64,000 nt of DNA, taken from Phoronis australis (taxonomy: Eukaryota; Animalia; Phoronida). The position numbers and the translations under genes were made by a program. The notes beneath the pieces were generated by a model. The model saw only the letters and a program-made list of their open reading frames with translations, was not told the DNA's origin and made no database searches. This document shows, one piece after another, positions 23,634 to 36,085 of this stretch. The stretch lies in assembly GCA_002633005.1 (NCBI GenBank), contig NMRA01000293.1:147198-211197 (forward strand). The letters are read 5' to 3'. Within the stretch, counting starts at the first letter, position 1. Every line of letters starts with the position of its first letter.

Positions 23634-26600
23634 AATTGGTCAAGCATAGCCCTGCGTATCTGACATAAACCTGTTCGATCCAGAATCCGTTTCCCATGGA
23701 TTAGATTGAGTTTTGTAGTCTGCAAAGGTCACGCAGCCATTTGTAGATGACTGGGGTGCATGGAGTGTCGCTGTTGCAATAATAGAAGCATCTCATTTCC
23801 CAGACTTTGTTTGCAACGGTACACTATTGCCGATCGAAGGTATTGAGACTTTCCTGATCGATATTTGGTCTCATATTCGCTAAACTTTCTAACTACTGAC
23901 AAGTGGGCTAATTTACTTTTTTGCATGTGAAGCCAAAAAGCATTGTTGATTCTGTTCTCCAACCCGACTCATGTTGAGACCTGCACTCACCTACTGGCGC
24001 ATCAATTTCAGCCAAAGGTCTTGTGTGTTTTTTTTTGTTTTTTTTTGAAAAACTGCACATTTGTACGCAAGCCGGTTCGCAAAAGAGAGACCAGAACAAG
24101 TTATGCTTCTTTGACCTAACATTAGAAAAATCATCTGAAATTTGTTTTCACTTAAACTTGCTGAACTCTTGTTTATTACGAATTTTGTATGGTTATGAAT
24201 TGTTTGGAATTGAAACTGAACAGGATTTTATGACTTTCAACAAGTTTGATTTTTTTCGCAAACGCGTTGAGATCATTGACATTTGACTGACAATGCTTCA
24301 GACTTTTCTAGGGAAACTGAATAAATTTACCGCGATGACACGCGGCTATAGGATTTTTTGTACTGCTCGAATCAAATATCTAATTGAACTTGCAATCCTC
24401 ATTTGCCAAACACGGTTTCAACAACGTTAAGTTTCATACGCAGAAGCCCATACAGAAAAATGCTATTGCCGGGATCGTTCTTAATAGCGTGTCACCTTCG
24501 TTATTTCTGATTGTTGAAGGCGGATACTAAACTTTATATATATATCTGTATTTTTTGATTTGGCTCTTTTGCATAGTCTCATTTTTCTATTTTGTCGGTA
24601 TTTTTAGTAATATGCCTGTAAGTTAACTACATTATTGCTTATTCCACTAAGTTATTTTTGGAATTATTTGGCATTTTATGTTAAAGCCCAGTCAATTAAT
24701 TGACTCAATCAGTAATAGTTACTAGATTTGACAAAATTAATGATCTTTACTCTTGAGAACTGAATGATATACTATTTTATTTTCATGTTATCTATTGAAA
24801 TTGTTTAATTTCTTCATTATTTCATTGAATAAAAATCATATCTATGAACTCAGTTTTATTGTCTTAAAGATACTCTAGATTCTAGCGCGAAAGGTTCTCA
24901 TCGATTTGAGATTAGGTTCAAGAACTTCAGAGAGAAGGGGAAATGCTGTTTAAACGTCTAGTCGATCATACAGTTGATTCTTTCGCCGGAACCAAGGCAG
25001 GCCTAGAAATGTTGTGTCGACATCTTTTTGGGGTTTTTGTTCCCCCACGGAGGTGGGGGGCGACCCCCCACCAGATCCGCTGTTGGAAGCGGGAATCGGA
25101 GGGGGATGTTCACTAATATAATAAATAATTTGCGAAGATTTGTCACCGATAGGAGCATGCACTGCGACAGTGATGGTAACGAGGAAGACATAATTTTCAT
25201 TGACCGATGTCGAATTCGTCTGCGGCTCCAAACATATATAACTTCACAACCGGCCTGCAGTTCAGTGACCAACATATTGTTGTCACGATAGTGACATCAA
25301 ACGAAGTTTTCACCAACATTATTGTTTATAAAAGCCGCATATCTAAAACGTCCTCAACCAAGCACATTCTATACCTTACTTTTACATTGATTACACTGAA
25401 ATTTTCTTGGTTTTATCTTTGCTTTGAAAACTCTTTTTGTTCCTTTGTGTTTTTTCGAAATCTTACAACTGAAAATACAACTGCGTGTTCTTCGCTGGTT
25501 CCCTGCGTGCCGCTAGGTGGTCGGTAGCCAGCGTGCTGACGTAGGGCACCAGCGAGCTGCGTGTTCATGATTTCAATTTCCGTTCCTTTTTGCTGTCTGA
25601 ACATTCTATCTCTGTGAACATCGAAATATGGCACAGGTATCCACGTTTTAGACGAAGATTAATACAAATTCTATAATTTCAGTTTTATTTATAGACAACC
25701 TGTTAGAGCCCTTAACAAGTGCAATTTTCCATTCACATCACACTTATTCCTTAGTCGACGAAACTTGATGCAAATCTCGATTATAAAACAAACGGAATTA
25801 TTGTCTGGTAAACAATTCATCCACGAGTAAATCATAATGTATGATGGTAGAATCTCTATAACGACCGTTTCATAAACAATATAAAGAAACTTTTATAGCC
25901 ATTGTTTACTTCCAAGCAGAGAGATAAATATTCGTTCTAAATCCTGAAACAACGCACATGAACAATTAAAACTGTCCCTCACAAAAAATTCGGAGGACCA
26001 ATTTCAGCGTTCGGGGGTTATATTCAGTTGGGAGTACAATAGCGGGGAGGCGGTAGCTATATTAAAGCCATCCAACTAGACTTCTGGCAAGTGCCCCGAC
26101 TCTTGACTAAATACAAACGAAAATTTTTCTCTTTCACATTCATCCTATAAATAATGTAACTCGGGGAATTCCGGAATATCGTTAATTTTCAGACTGATGA
26201 AGACTGTACAGTAGACATGTTGCAAAGATTTTACGTTTCGAAAGCTGTTCATGCGACAACAATCACTTGTAACAGTCACCGTCCGCTTAAACATAACAAC
26301 ACTGTCTCAAAGTGCACGTGTGCCGTTTTTTTTTCAAGTGATGATGCCTCGATCTGTAGACACTGAGCCGTGTTACAATATTTTCGAAAGAGTAGAATAT
26401 TCAAATATCAGTTGGGTTACGGACTACAAGCCGAGTTGCAAGAAAACGCTTCAAATGTTTCAGGCGACGGCATCTGAGGCTGCAGAGTCCCTTTGATCAT
26501 TCTTTTCATGAGAGTGAAGTGTAATTGTCACACGAGTCTTTCAATCATTTTCAGGCATTTCGCCGCGGATTCATGATGAAATTTCGTTATTAGTGACATA

Positions 26601-28227
26601 AATTGTCAATAGATGGCGCTATATTCATTTAACCGCTTTCGCCCGAGTTGATTTGAGTTAGTGCGCACAAAAAAGTAAACACCTCATCTATATTTATGTA
26701 ACATCTGAATGGTTGACCTCATTCGTACATTGAGGAGAATGGTCACACTGGTCGCTAGTCAAGGCATACCACGTTCACGTGCTATGGAAACCTCAAAGTA
26801 GCCACATCATTGTATTTTTGCATTGTCGTGGGTAAATTTGCAGTGCAAAAGAAGCCTATGTAACAATGCTCTGGGTTCATGACTAAACTTCACTAAAAAG
26901 TCGTTTGATTGGCTCACGTAGGTTTCACTTAGAGAATGAGCATTGGGGTGTGTTGGAGCGAAGCCAAATTTAAAATTGCGGTTTCGTTATCATAACTGCT
27001 AGATTTTAGATAAGACAAAATGGCAAAAATAGAGGACCAGAATGTCAATCACCACCTTGGCACGCCCCCTTGAAAGTTCAGTCACGTTCTAAGCTCATTG
27101 CATGGTGACCAGTGGCACTGCAATAGCTATGATCCCCTGGCGGGGAGGGCGGGCTACAGTTCATCATGCTCCATCGTTGTATCCAAGTTATTTTTCTCAA
27201 ATTCGCCGAGGGCATAAGCTTGGTATTGTGAACAAAGTTGGGCAGTCATCCCCCGTGAAGGCGTGTCCCCTAAGTAGGTCAAAGTTTGAATTTAGGTCAT
27301 CACGTGTTACTACAGTGTTTACGTTGTGAATCACTGAGGCTGAGCGAACTTTTTTATGACGAATGGAAGTACCAGATGAACCAGCTGTAGAGCGATTTTT
27401 ATTTTTGTAGAGAGGCTATCACTTTTGCTTTCAGTGGGCGGATTCAGTCAAATGTCATTCTACAGCGATGCAATTTGCATTCTAACTGTTAATTGAGACA
27501 AGATGAATTAGATTGGGTTTACTGATCACTGACGATCGGGCTTGGATCAGTCACCGACGGGCCCGGGTCCACGATTAGCGCACTTGGCTTTTCACATTTT
27601 CCAATCTACTTTCGAGCAAACTCGAAATCTAAGTGCCTATTATGACGTATTTGAGTACATTGCGGTTTATGCAGATAAGTGCATAGTTCACCGTAGACTT
27701 GGTGACTCGTGGATTTGACGGATGCAATTCGTGATTTCCAGTGAAAATGGTTTTTTGAGTTCAGACTCGAAATTATAGCGTAATACTCGAGTGTTTAAGT
27801 GCAAACCAGGATTAGACTGTCAATCATGTAAGGTATAATGCACTCACCGTGTACAAAATAAACCTTGAGTAAAAGTGCATAAACTGCGCTGTTATAATTA
27901 CATTTATGCGTTGTAAATAACATAGTAATGACCAAAAACATCATAAAAAATAAATGGTAAGTGAATCTAATTTTAGATACCCTCTGTCTGTCCTAGTGAA
28001 TCATACACGTTACCCAAAACTTAAACACAGAGCGTCTTTTACATAACACATAATCGGGTACTATCAAATAACACACGGTGATCACCACAGAATAAATGTA
28101 GAACAGATCTTTTAACATTTTGACATGTACGGCATTTAAATTTTCGTAACTGGTGTTGGCACGTGAGACATTCATCAAATGAATTTCCAAAATATGGAAC
28201 CGACAAAAAAGAATGCAATGCAGCATG

Positions 28228-28677
28228 TATTGCTGTGCGTGAACTTGGAATCCTGCTTAATTTCAAGATCGCGTATGCGTGAACTTGGAATTGAACATAT
28301 ATTTGGACAATCAGGTGAAATTTTTTGTTCAGTGTAAAAAATTGTTATTATTGGCTTTATGATCATCCCATTTTCCATTTACCGTAACTTGTGTCTAAGA
28401 ATCGGAGGAATTTGTGATTGGTTAAAGCAATTATTGTTTGGTGACAAAGACCTTAACACCTCTACGGTTTCTGTGAATAAGATCACCAATAGTTGAAAAA
28501 AGATTAGTTGGATTTTACGTTATTTTATTAACATATTATTTGGTTTAGTGCAGTGCAAATTTTTATCCACGTGAACGTGATTATTTGAGTGAACTTGTCA
28601 TGTTTCCTCGTGTATTCCAAGTTCACGCATACGCGATCTTGAGATTATGCAAGATTCCAAGTTCAAGCGCAGCAATA
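28228..28677. mobile_element. MITE with 64-bp terminal inverted repeats (IR/DR type)
   Basis: 28228-28291 is the near-perfect reverse complement of 28614-28677. Each arm carries gcgtgaacttggaat twice. The element begins and ends with TA. Confidence 0.8.
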
Positions 28678-31600
28678 TCACACACGTATCTGTTCAGGGC
28701 ATCGATTGTGATGTCTCATTAGAAAATCTAATCCTCACGAAGTTAGACTCAAAAAAAGTTCCTGAAGAAATACAATTACGCGAAATTGAAACCCCTGTGC
28801 TGTCTGCAGATGCCCACGGTCTCTGCCCATGAACATAATACAATGTAACCTGGTGCCCAGGGCTCGCATTCTGACGTCACGAATAGAGCGTGTAAAGCAA
28901 CCGATCTACAGGCTATGGGCAGGAGACGAATAATAATGGGCGCTATTGTAGCAACTGGGGTGCGATTGTGTGTTCACTTTAAGAATAAGGATTACGAAAA
29001 AATACTTCAATACATACAAACATTTCACGTCAAAATACGGTTGTCGTCTAGGTGTATATTTCGAGATTCCTTACTCTGCTCACGTGCCTCAGTATACTCC
29101 ACAATACTTCACAATAATTGTTACGATTATTGTGAAATTTGGTCAATGCAGTACAACTCGAGTTTAGGTGCATTTTCAACGTGTTTGACAAAGAGTTTCA
29201 ACCACTCATTTTTGCTGTAATTTAATTGCAGGTCGATAAAAGACTCCCTTTGGAAAATACAAGATGAGTCATTAGTCTTTTCAAAAATAAAGTTTAATTA
29301 GTTTGGTTATACAACTATTTTCTTATTTTTGTTCCAGATCTTGGTCAAAATGGTCCCTAATAGTGGAGAATGGGTGACAATTCATGGCACAGCAACCAGT
29401 GACACTAAGGCGGGATGGGATACAATGAGGTGCATGCAAGAACAAGGCCTCTAGGAAATGACAGGAAACAGGAGGCCGTGGCTTACTGAGTCATGCGCAA
29501 GCGCCACACCTCACCCATGACAGTCAATGAGTGGCCCGCGCGAGTACCATTAGAAGTCGCCCGTCGACGTATCCCCTGTAACTATACGTGAAGGATGCGC
29601 CTCAAGTTAGTAGGTCACGACAGTTCGTACCCTCTGCCATGACGATAACGTCAAGGGCGGCCGCTCAGCATACATTGTGGCGGATTCAGGACACTCCCGT
29701 ATGGCGTGAGTTTTTTAGGTTTTTAGTGTAATTTTCTCAATGTCGGAACAGAACATAACTACGAGCTGAACCGACGATTGAAAATAACTGGAAGGGAAAT
29801 AATCGTCTTCTGACAAAGGTTTCGTTTACAGCTAGGTTTACAGTTTATAATTTTTAAAAGGAATTTTTGAGTATCGAAGCGAATTGGCCTTCCAATATTC
29901 TAAAAGTTATGAAACTTAGATTTTTGACAAAATGTTTAATCAATCAGAATGTAATTTAACTGTTCAGGATCAATTTGACAAAACGTGGATCTGGGTCAGT
30001 TCACTCACATAAATGGAGTATTATCGCTAAAGTTGTTTTGGGTCACAACTCATTAGTTGCTTTGCAGTCTCATTATTCAAGATAAACCAATGCGTCATGA
30101 TGCATGCGCCCGGTGGCCCGAGGTAAAAAATGAAGTGCGCCAATGAAATTTTTATCAATGCGCCGATGACGCGGGGCGCCCTTGTAAAATTATTACTGTG
30201 CATTTGTCTTCCTAAGATTGGACTTCTTGTGGTTCGTCGATTTGATATTTTTTCAGACACCAAACCATTATCCAACAACAGTATTTGTATCAAGATAGAC
30301 ACGAGTCGACTAATGGATCCTTTTATGTATAGTGCTTGGCTATTGGCTACCAAGAAATTACATCACGCCACTATAACTTGGTAAAGCAATAAGGTACTTT
30401 CATTTACCAATTTACAGTAATATTCTTAACTACGTCGTATTCGATGTAATGAAGCGATCATTACCCATTTGAGTTTTTTGCTCTAAGCTTGGAATCTTCT
30501 GTTTGGCAAGATCTATTTCCTATAAATTCTACATAATGTAGTGTACATTTTAATATTGATGTTAAAAGGCGCCGCTGATTCTTACCCTTGCGAAATGACG
30601 TCAGCTGGTAATAGAAAATCGTGGAAGTAGAAAGAAAGAATAACATCACCGCGGGCGACCTTTCTGCTAATACCAGGAAAGCACTACCTGGTAATGCCTT
30701 CCTGCTAATTTGTCCAAGTGTGGTTAATGTTTAGAGATGGTGTGGCGATTAATCAATTCGAGAGATGCCAGAACGCCGATTTCTTGTCAGTACGCCAAGA
30801 CACGCAATTTCGATTCCATTCTTAGTTCTAATTTGCGCCTTTCAATGTCTCACGGAGTTACGACTGGTTAGTATCTTTTGAAAAGTATTGAGATGTTAGT
30901 TAGAATCTTATCATATTAACAGTTTTGTTGATATAACTGGTGCGAGTGGTAAGTTAACTAACTTGTATTAGAGCGAGAAAAATTAATTAATTTGAAAACA
31001 TGAATCCAATCGAAACTAATCTAATTAGTCCTAAAAGAATCGAATTCTGTATTGTCCGGTCCCAACAGCGATTGGATTCGTACGAAATACATGTTCAAGT
31101 GGTCCAGGTCTTCTGTGATTTCCCGCTTCATAACTTGCAAACGTAGTTTAAGACAGAATTTTAAGTTAACGTTTTTTGTTACTTATCATAGAATTTTAAG
31201 TGGTAGAGTAATTTTCAGGACGTCATTTTCAACCGAACGCGTTTGAGTGGAGTTTGGCCCGCAGTCTTGGAAACGGAACAAAAAATTGCCGGTATGTTAG
31301 GTATGCCGTTACATCATCGTGGTCCTTAGGTAAGTGAACTCAACTGGAAATCCGTTTAGTTGTGGCACAAAACAATGTTACTTTTAGTGAACTTTTAAAG
31401 TAACATGAAATGTTATGAGCATTTTTATTTTATGAAACTTTTCAAAATAAATAATAAATTAAGTCACAACATAACATAACAAACATTCATACAAATAGGC
31501 CCCTTAGTAAGTCACCAGAGTGTGAACAGGCACGGTTAACCATAAACTCCGTTCAAGTATTGCGCGTTTTCTGGTCTAAACAGCGATCAGTGTTGTTAGA

Positions 31601-32015
31601 AAGACTACATCAACAACAGAAACATCAGATCACATGAGTAGCAGAGTACAAAATATACAAATTAATTATCATTAACATAAAACTTATCAAAACTTAATCA
31701 AGGCTATCATGAAAAGATATAAATATGAGCTGAGATAAAAAACGGTCAGGCAAGAAACCAGTTTTCGTTTTACATGTTATCAAATACATTCATGTATTAG
31801 AGTTTTTTTTTCCATAACTGCAACCTGTCAAAGGTGGAAAGTCGATGTTCTGAAATCCTGAAGCACCAGTTGTGATAATGTCTCAGTTGAAACCAAACGA
31901 AGTAAGAAACATTGCCTTACTTAGTGACATGGTGTCAACTTTCAGAAAGTGTCCAGGCAAAAAGTGAAAATCCAACAATATTTGTGAGTTTTTAATACCG
32001 GACCTAGCGCTCCAC

Positions 32016-35000
32016 TTAAGGATTTCCAAGGGTCATATTTTTCACTTCCATTGGCCATGTGTTCTTTTTCTGTATTGCGTGTCTTTTAGTGTGTTTAGCC
32101 AGGTGATCACTTCTCATGAACTTGCGGTCACACATAGGACACTCAAATTTCTTTTCTCCTGTGTGACACCGTTTGTGGCGTGAGAGTTCGTCTGAACGTG
32201 CAAACTTTCTATCACAATCGGGCCACGAGCACACAAATGGTTTCTCTCCTGGAAAACAAAATTGGTATGCAAAAACTTGAGGAAGTCACTTGAACACTTT
32301 GACCAATCAAATTGCAGTAAAGTGTCCATGAAATACCAGGCCAACACCCACACCATCACCATGTGACCACTGACCTATCAATTACGAGGAATTAGGTCGA
32401 GCAATCAACCTTCACAAACTCACCCATGTTGAAGGAAGTACATCTTCCATTAAGCCTAACACAACAAAAATGTTTTGTCAATACTTTATAAGCTTTTATA
32501 ACAAAAGTTAAGTGTTTGTTAACTTTATCAGACCAAAGTGTTATACATAGTAGATACATCCTACATAAGCTTTGGTGTTAAATTGGCCATTTGGATTGAT
32601 TTAAATGGCAGTGCACAAAACGTATGAGCTAGCTAGGAGTGCGAGATGAATGCTTACCTGTATGAGTTCTGAGATGCGCCTTGAGGTGAGAACTCTTGAA
32701 GTAGGTTTTTCCACAGTTGTCATAGTGACATATGTGAGGTCTTCGACGCTTCAGTTCAAACCGCACTTTCTCACCAAGGAGATCGTTGGCTGTCCCACTA
32801 TTAGCAGGGCTGGGGGCGATCGGGAAGAGTTTATCTGCAGCAGTCTTGGGCTGTTGCACTGTGCTGCTTGGGACAGAGTTGAGCACAAACACATGCACCA
32901 CTGGAGGGTGTTGAATGGGCACAAAGGTGCCGTTGATGTTCGTATAAACAACAGGTATATTTGAGGGTAATGTCACAGGTAGTGAGGCGCATGGGGTGTG
33001 ACTACTTGAAGGTATAATTGTTGGCGACACTTTAGGCTGAGAATTCATTGCTGTTGTTGAGCACTCAACTGATAGGGCAGATAAGTTCGATGAGTCGCTG
33101 GATGTAGAGGGTGCTGTAGGAGTACAACAGCTGCCCTGCATTGAGGCTGGACACAGGTGACCGGTTGACTGGATAGCTGTGCTGTGATGGCCTTCGGGCT
33201 TCTTGTTTGAAACAATCACAGATACCTGCTGTGAAGTATGGACTTCGTAAGACGGCATATCCTTGCCCACAGTAGGAGAGTTACCACCACTTGGGGTGGG
33301 TGGCGGGGTCATGGAACGACCGAGCAGTAACTGAAACAGAAAATGCACTTGCTCAACCCCTGAACACACAAGCACGTGCAGAAATACTACATAAGTAGCG
33401 GACAAGGTATACTGACTGCAAAGGCATCACTGTGCTATTTTTCTAAGAATATTTCATGTCAAATAGCCACTCAGTATGAAATTGTATGCCATTTCAAAAT
33501 TAATCACTTGCTAGGATCAGGGGCAGATCCAGGATTTTGAGTTGCGGGGGGGGGCAGGGCACAGTATTAGCCAAGTCAGACATTCGCACTCCCAAACTAC
33601 CACATGGAATCTGGGAAAATTTTAGGGGGGGCACTGGTCCCCTTTCCTCCCCCCCTTTAAATTTGCCACTGCCACTNCGGGAAGAGTTTATCTGCAGCAG
33701 TCTTGGGCTGTTGCACTGTGCTGCTTGGGACAGAGTTGAGCACAAACACATGCACCACTGGAGGTTGTTGAATGGGCACAAAGGTGCCGTTGATGTTCGT
33801 ATAAACAACAGGTATATTTGAGGGTAATGTCACGGGTAGTGAGGCGCATGGGGTGTGACTACTTGAGGGTATAATTGTTGGCGACACTTTAGGCTGAGAA
33901 TTCATTGCTGTTGTTGAGCACTCAACTGATAGGGCAGATAAGTTCGATGAGTCGCTGGATGTAGAGGGTGCTGTAGGAGTACAACAGCTGCTCTGCATTG
34001 AGGCTGGACACAGGTGACCGGTTGACTGGATAGCTGTGCTGTGATGGCCTTCGGGCTTCTTGTTTGAAACAATTACAGATACCTGCTGTGAAGTATGGAC
34101 TTCGTAAGACGGCATATCCTTGCCCACAGTAGGAGAGTTTCCACCACTTGGGGTGGGTGGCGGGGTCATGGAACGACCGAGCAGTAACTGAAACAGAAAA
34201 TGCACTTGCTCAACTCCTGAACACATTAGCACGTGCAGAAATACTACACAAGTAGCGGACACGGTAAACTGACTGCAAAGGCACCACTGTGCTATTTTTC
34301 TAAGAATATTTCACGTCAAATAGCCACTCAGTATGAAATTGTATGCCATTTCAAAATTAATCACTTGCTAGGATCAGGGGCAGATCCAGGATTTTGAGTT
34401 GGGGGGGCAGGGCACAGTATTAGCCAAGTCAGACATTCGCACTCCCAAACTACCACATGGAATCTGGGAATATTTTAGGGGGCACTGGTCCCCTTGCCCC
34501 TCCCCCCTTAAATTTGCCACTGCCACTGAAGATAAAATCCGGTTTCTTGTCCAAAAAATTTACCTTCACTGATAGGTAATAACTGTCACTCACTTTTTCT
34601 ATTTTTGAACGCTTCTTGGGTGGTGGCATGACAAAGATCTCCTCAGTCCTCCTAGGTGAGCACGAACCATTGGAGGGAGCGGGAGACAAGGGTTGCCACC
34701 CATCGTCTGAGGATTCATCAGAACGTGACGAACTTTTGCTCATGTTCAGAAGGGTCCTCACTGCCTCACACTCGTCCCTGTCTCTGATGCAATAGTTGTT
34801 AGGTGGCATATGCGTAGTTTGCAAATTTTCCTGCAAAATATGAATGAAAAAATGATGCCCTATGGTAGTCAGAGCAAATCAACAGGCTGAAACACTAAAA
34901 CTCGGTAAATAGCACTTTTTAAGCATATTTAACAGGTTAAATCATCGGTCTCAATACCAGCAAATGCCCCGCAGGCAACAGCGAGAATTGGCAACTTATG

Positions 35001-35894
35001 ATAAAATCAAATAAGCACAACCTATTTAATGTTTTACTACTCAAGTCAAACCAATAATTTCAAGAAGTACTGCAATAATCGCGAAAATGCATTTTTCATC
35101 AAAACAGAAACATCATCTCCTTAAAAAGGATTAACAGACACCAAAAAAGAATAAAATAAAGTAAAAATTATTTCTTATAATATAGGAGAGCTCAAATTTA
35201 ATGGACTACATTTTTCTGCCCTAATCATGACAAATAACTGGAAAATTCAAAAGAACACAAGGTGCACCAATACGACCAATAATGGCAATACGGTTCAATA
35301 CCATTTACATAAAATAAAAAGATAAATGAGGCAATAGCATGTGACAGAAGCATGGACGCGCCCTCTACCGTCAGCTGTCAATCACATGAACAAAGAGTGT
35401 TCTTTTGTTCTATTTTTAGTGGACAGGGCAAATTTACCACAGATCACGAATGTTGGTGTGTCACATTAGGATCACCAACTCAACAATCGATACCTTTTTT
35501 CAAAAGAATTTACAAAATCTGTTAGGACTTTCACGTTCGAAAATAAAATAGATTTTGAGCAATCATCTTGTAAATCTCCAGGAGGAATTAATAAAAACAG
35601 AAGCATATTAAACAGAGTTCAGCAAAATGCAAAGTATTTCTCAAATTAGCATCTGCTTAGCTTCCTCGTTTGTTCTACATCAGCTAGGCCTACATGAAAT
35701 TTTTGACCGACTTGCACTTCGTATTCGGACTTCGACTTACAATCACTTACATAAGTTTACGAACACACTTTCAGTGTTCGTGTTTCAGACAATAACATCA
35801 CTATATAAGGTGGAGTAAAACTACATACCTCTTTAATAGAATGTGGACTGCTCGGAGGACTCAAATAATTGACAGCACAAAAATTGTCTCGCAT
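32016..35894 (-). CDS. KLF10/11: Krueppel-like factor of the KLF10/KLF11 (TIEG/cabut) subfamily, about 402 aa
   Basis: Exons 35829-35894, 34594-34830, 32658-33330 and 32016-32248 (phases 0, 0, 1). Three C2H2 fingers: [40 protein letters not shown]. Sin3-interaction-like motif [13 protein letters not shown] plus TIEG-type motifs [10 protein letters not shown] and PIAPSP. Exon 3 is partly duplicated across the N at 33677. Confidence 0.95.
32821..34527. other. Direct duplication across a single N (32821-33676 versus 33678-34527); probable haplotype-overlap assembly artefact
   Basis: The sequence right after N33677 restarts exactly at the 32821 sequence (cgggaagagtttatctgc). The copies differ by scattered SNPs and small indels. 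Confidence 0.85.
34375..34522. mobile_element. GC-rich-terminus MITE in KLF intron 2 (duplicated at about 33518-33671)
   Basis: caggggcagatccaggattttgagtt...ccccttaaatttgccactg aligns with the reverse complement of the 37951-38248 element. Confidence 0.7.
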
Positions 35895-35969
35895 TTTACT
35901 TCCAGATTACTCGAATGTATAGCAGAAGTTTGATGTGTTTCATCGCAAATGTATACCAACAAAGTTGAA

Positions 35970-36085
35970 CGAGGGCGGGGGAGGTGATAAACCAATCACA
36001 GGCCGGGGGTTTGCCAAGTTTGGCCAATCACTATTAGCTGTCCATGTGAACATCAAAGGTATGTCACATTTGTCCACGTGAACTC
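35970..36085 (-). promoter_or_regulatory. KLF10/11 proximal promoter
   Basis: Within 200 bp upstream of the ATG: GC box gggcgggg (about 35974), two CCAATCA boxes (about 35992 and 36024), TCF-like acatcaaag (about 36050) and E-box cacgtg (about 36076). Confidence 0.6.

Noticed and set aside
33678-34187. Second KLF exon 3 as a real paralogous or alternative exon
   Set aside because: It is truncated exactly at the N and duplicates intron sequence as well, so it is best explained as the other haplotype.
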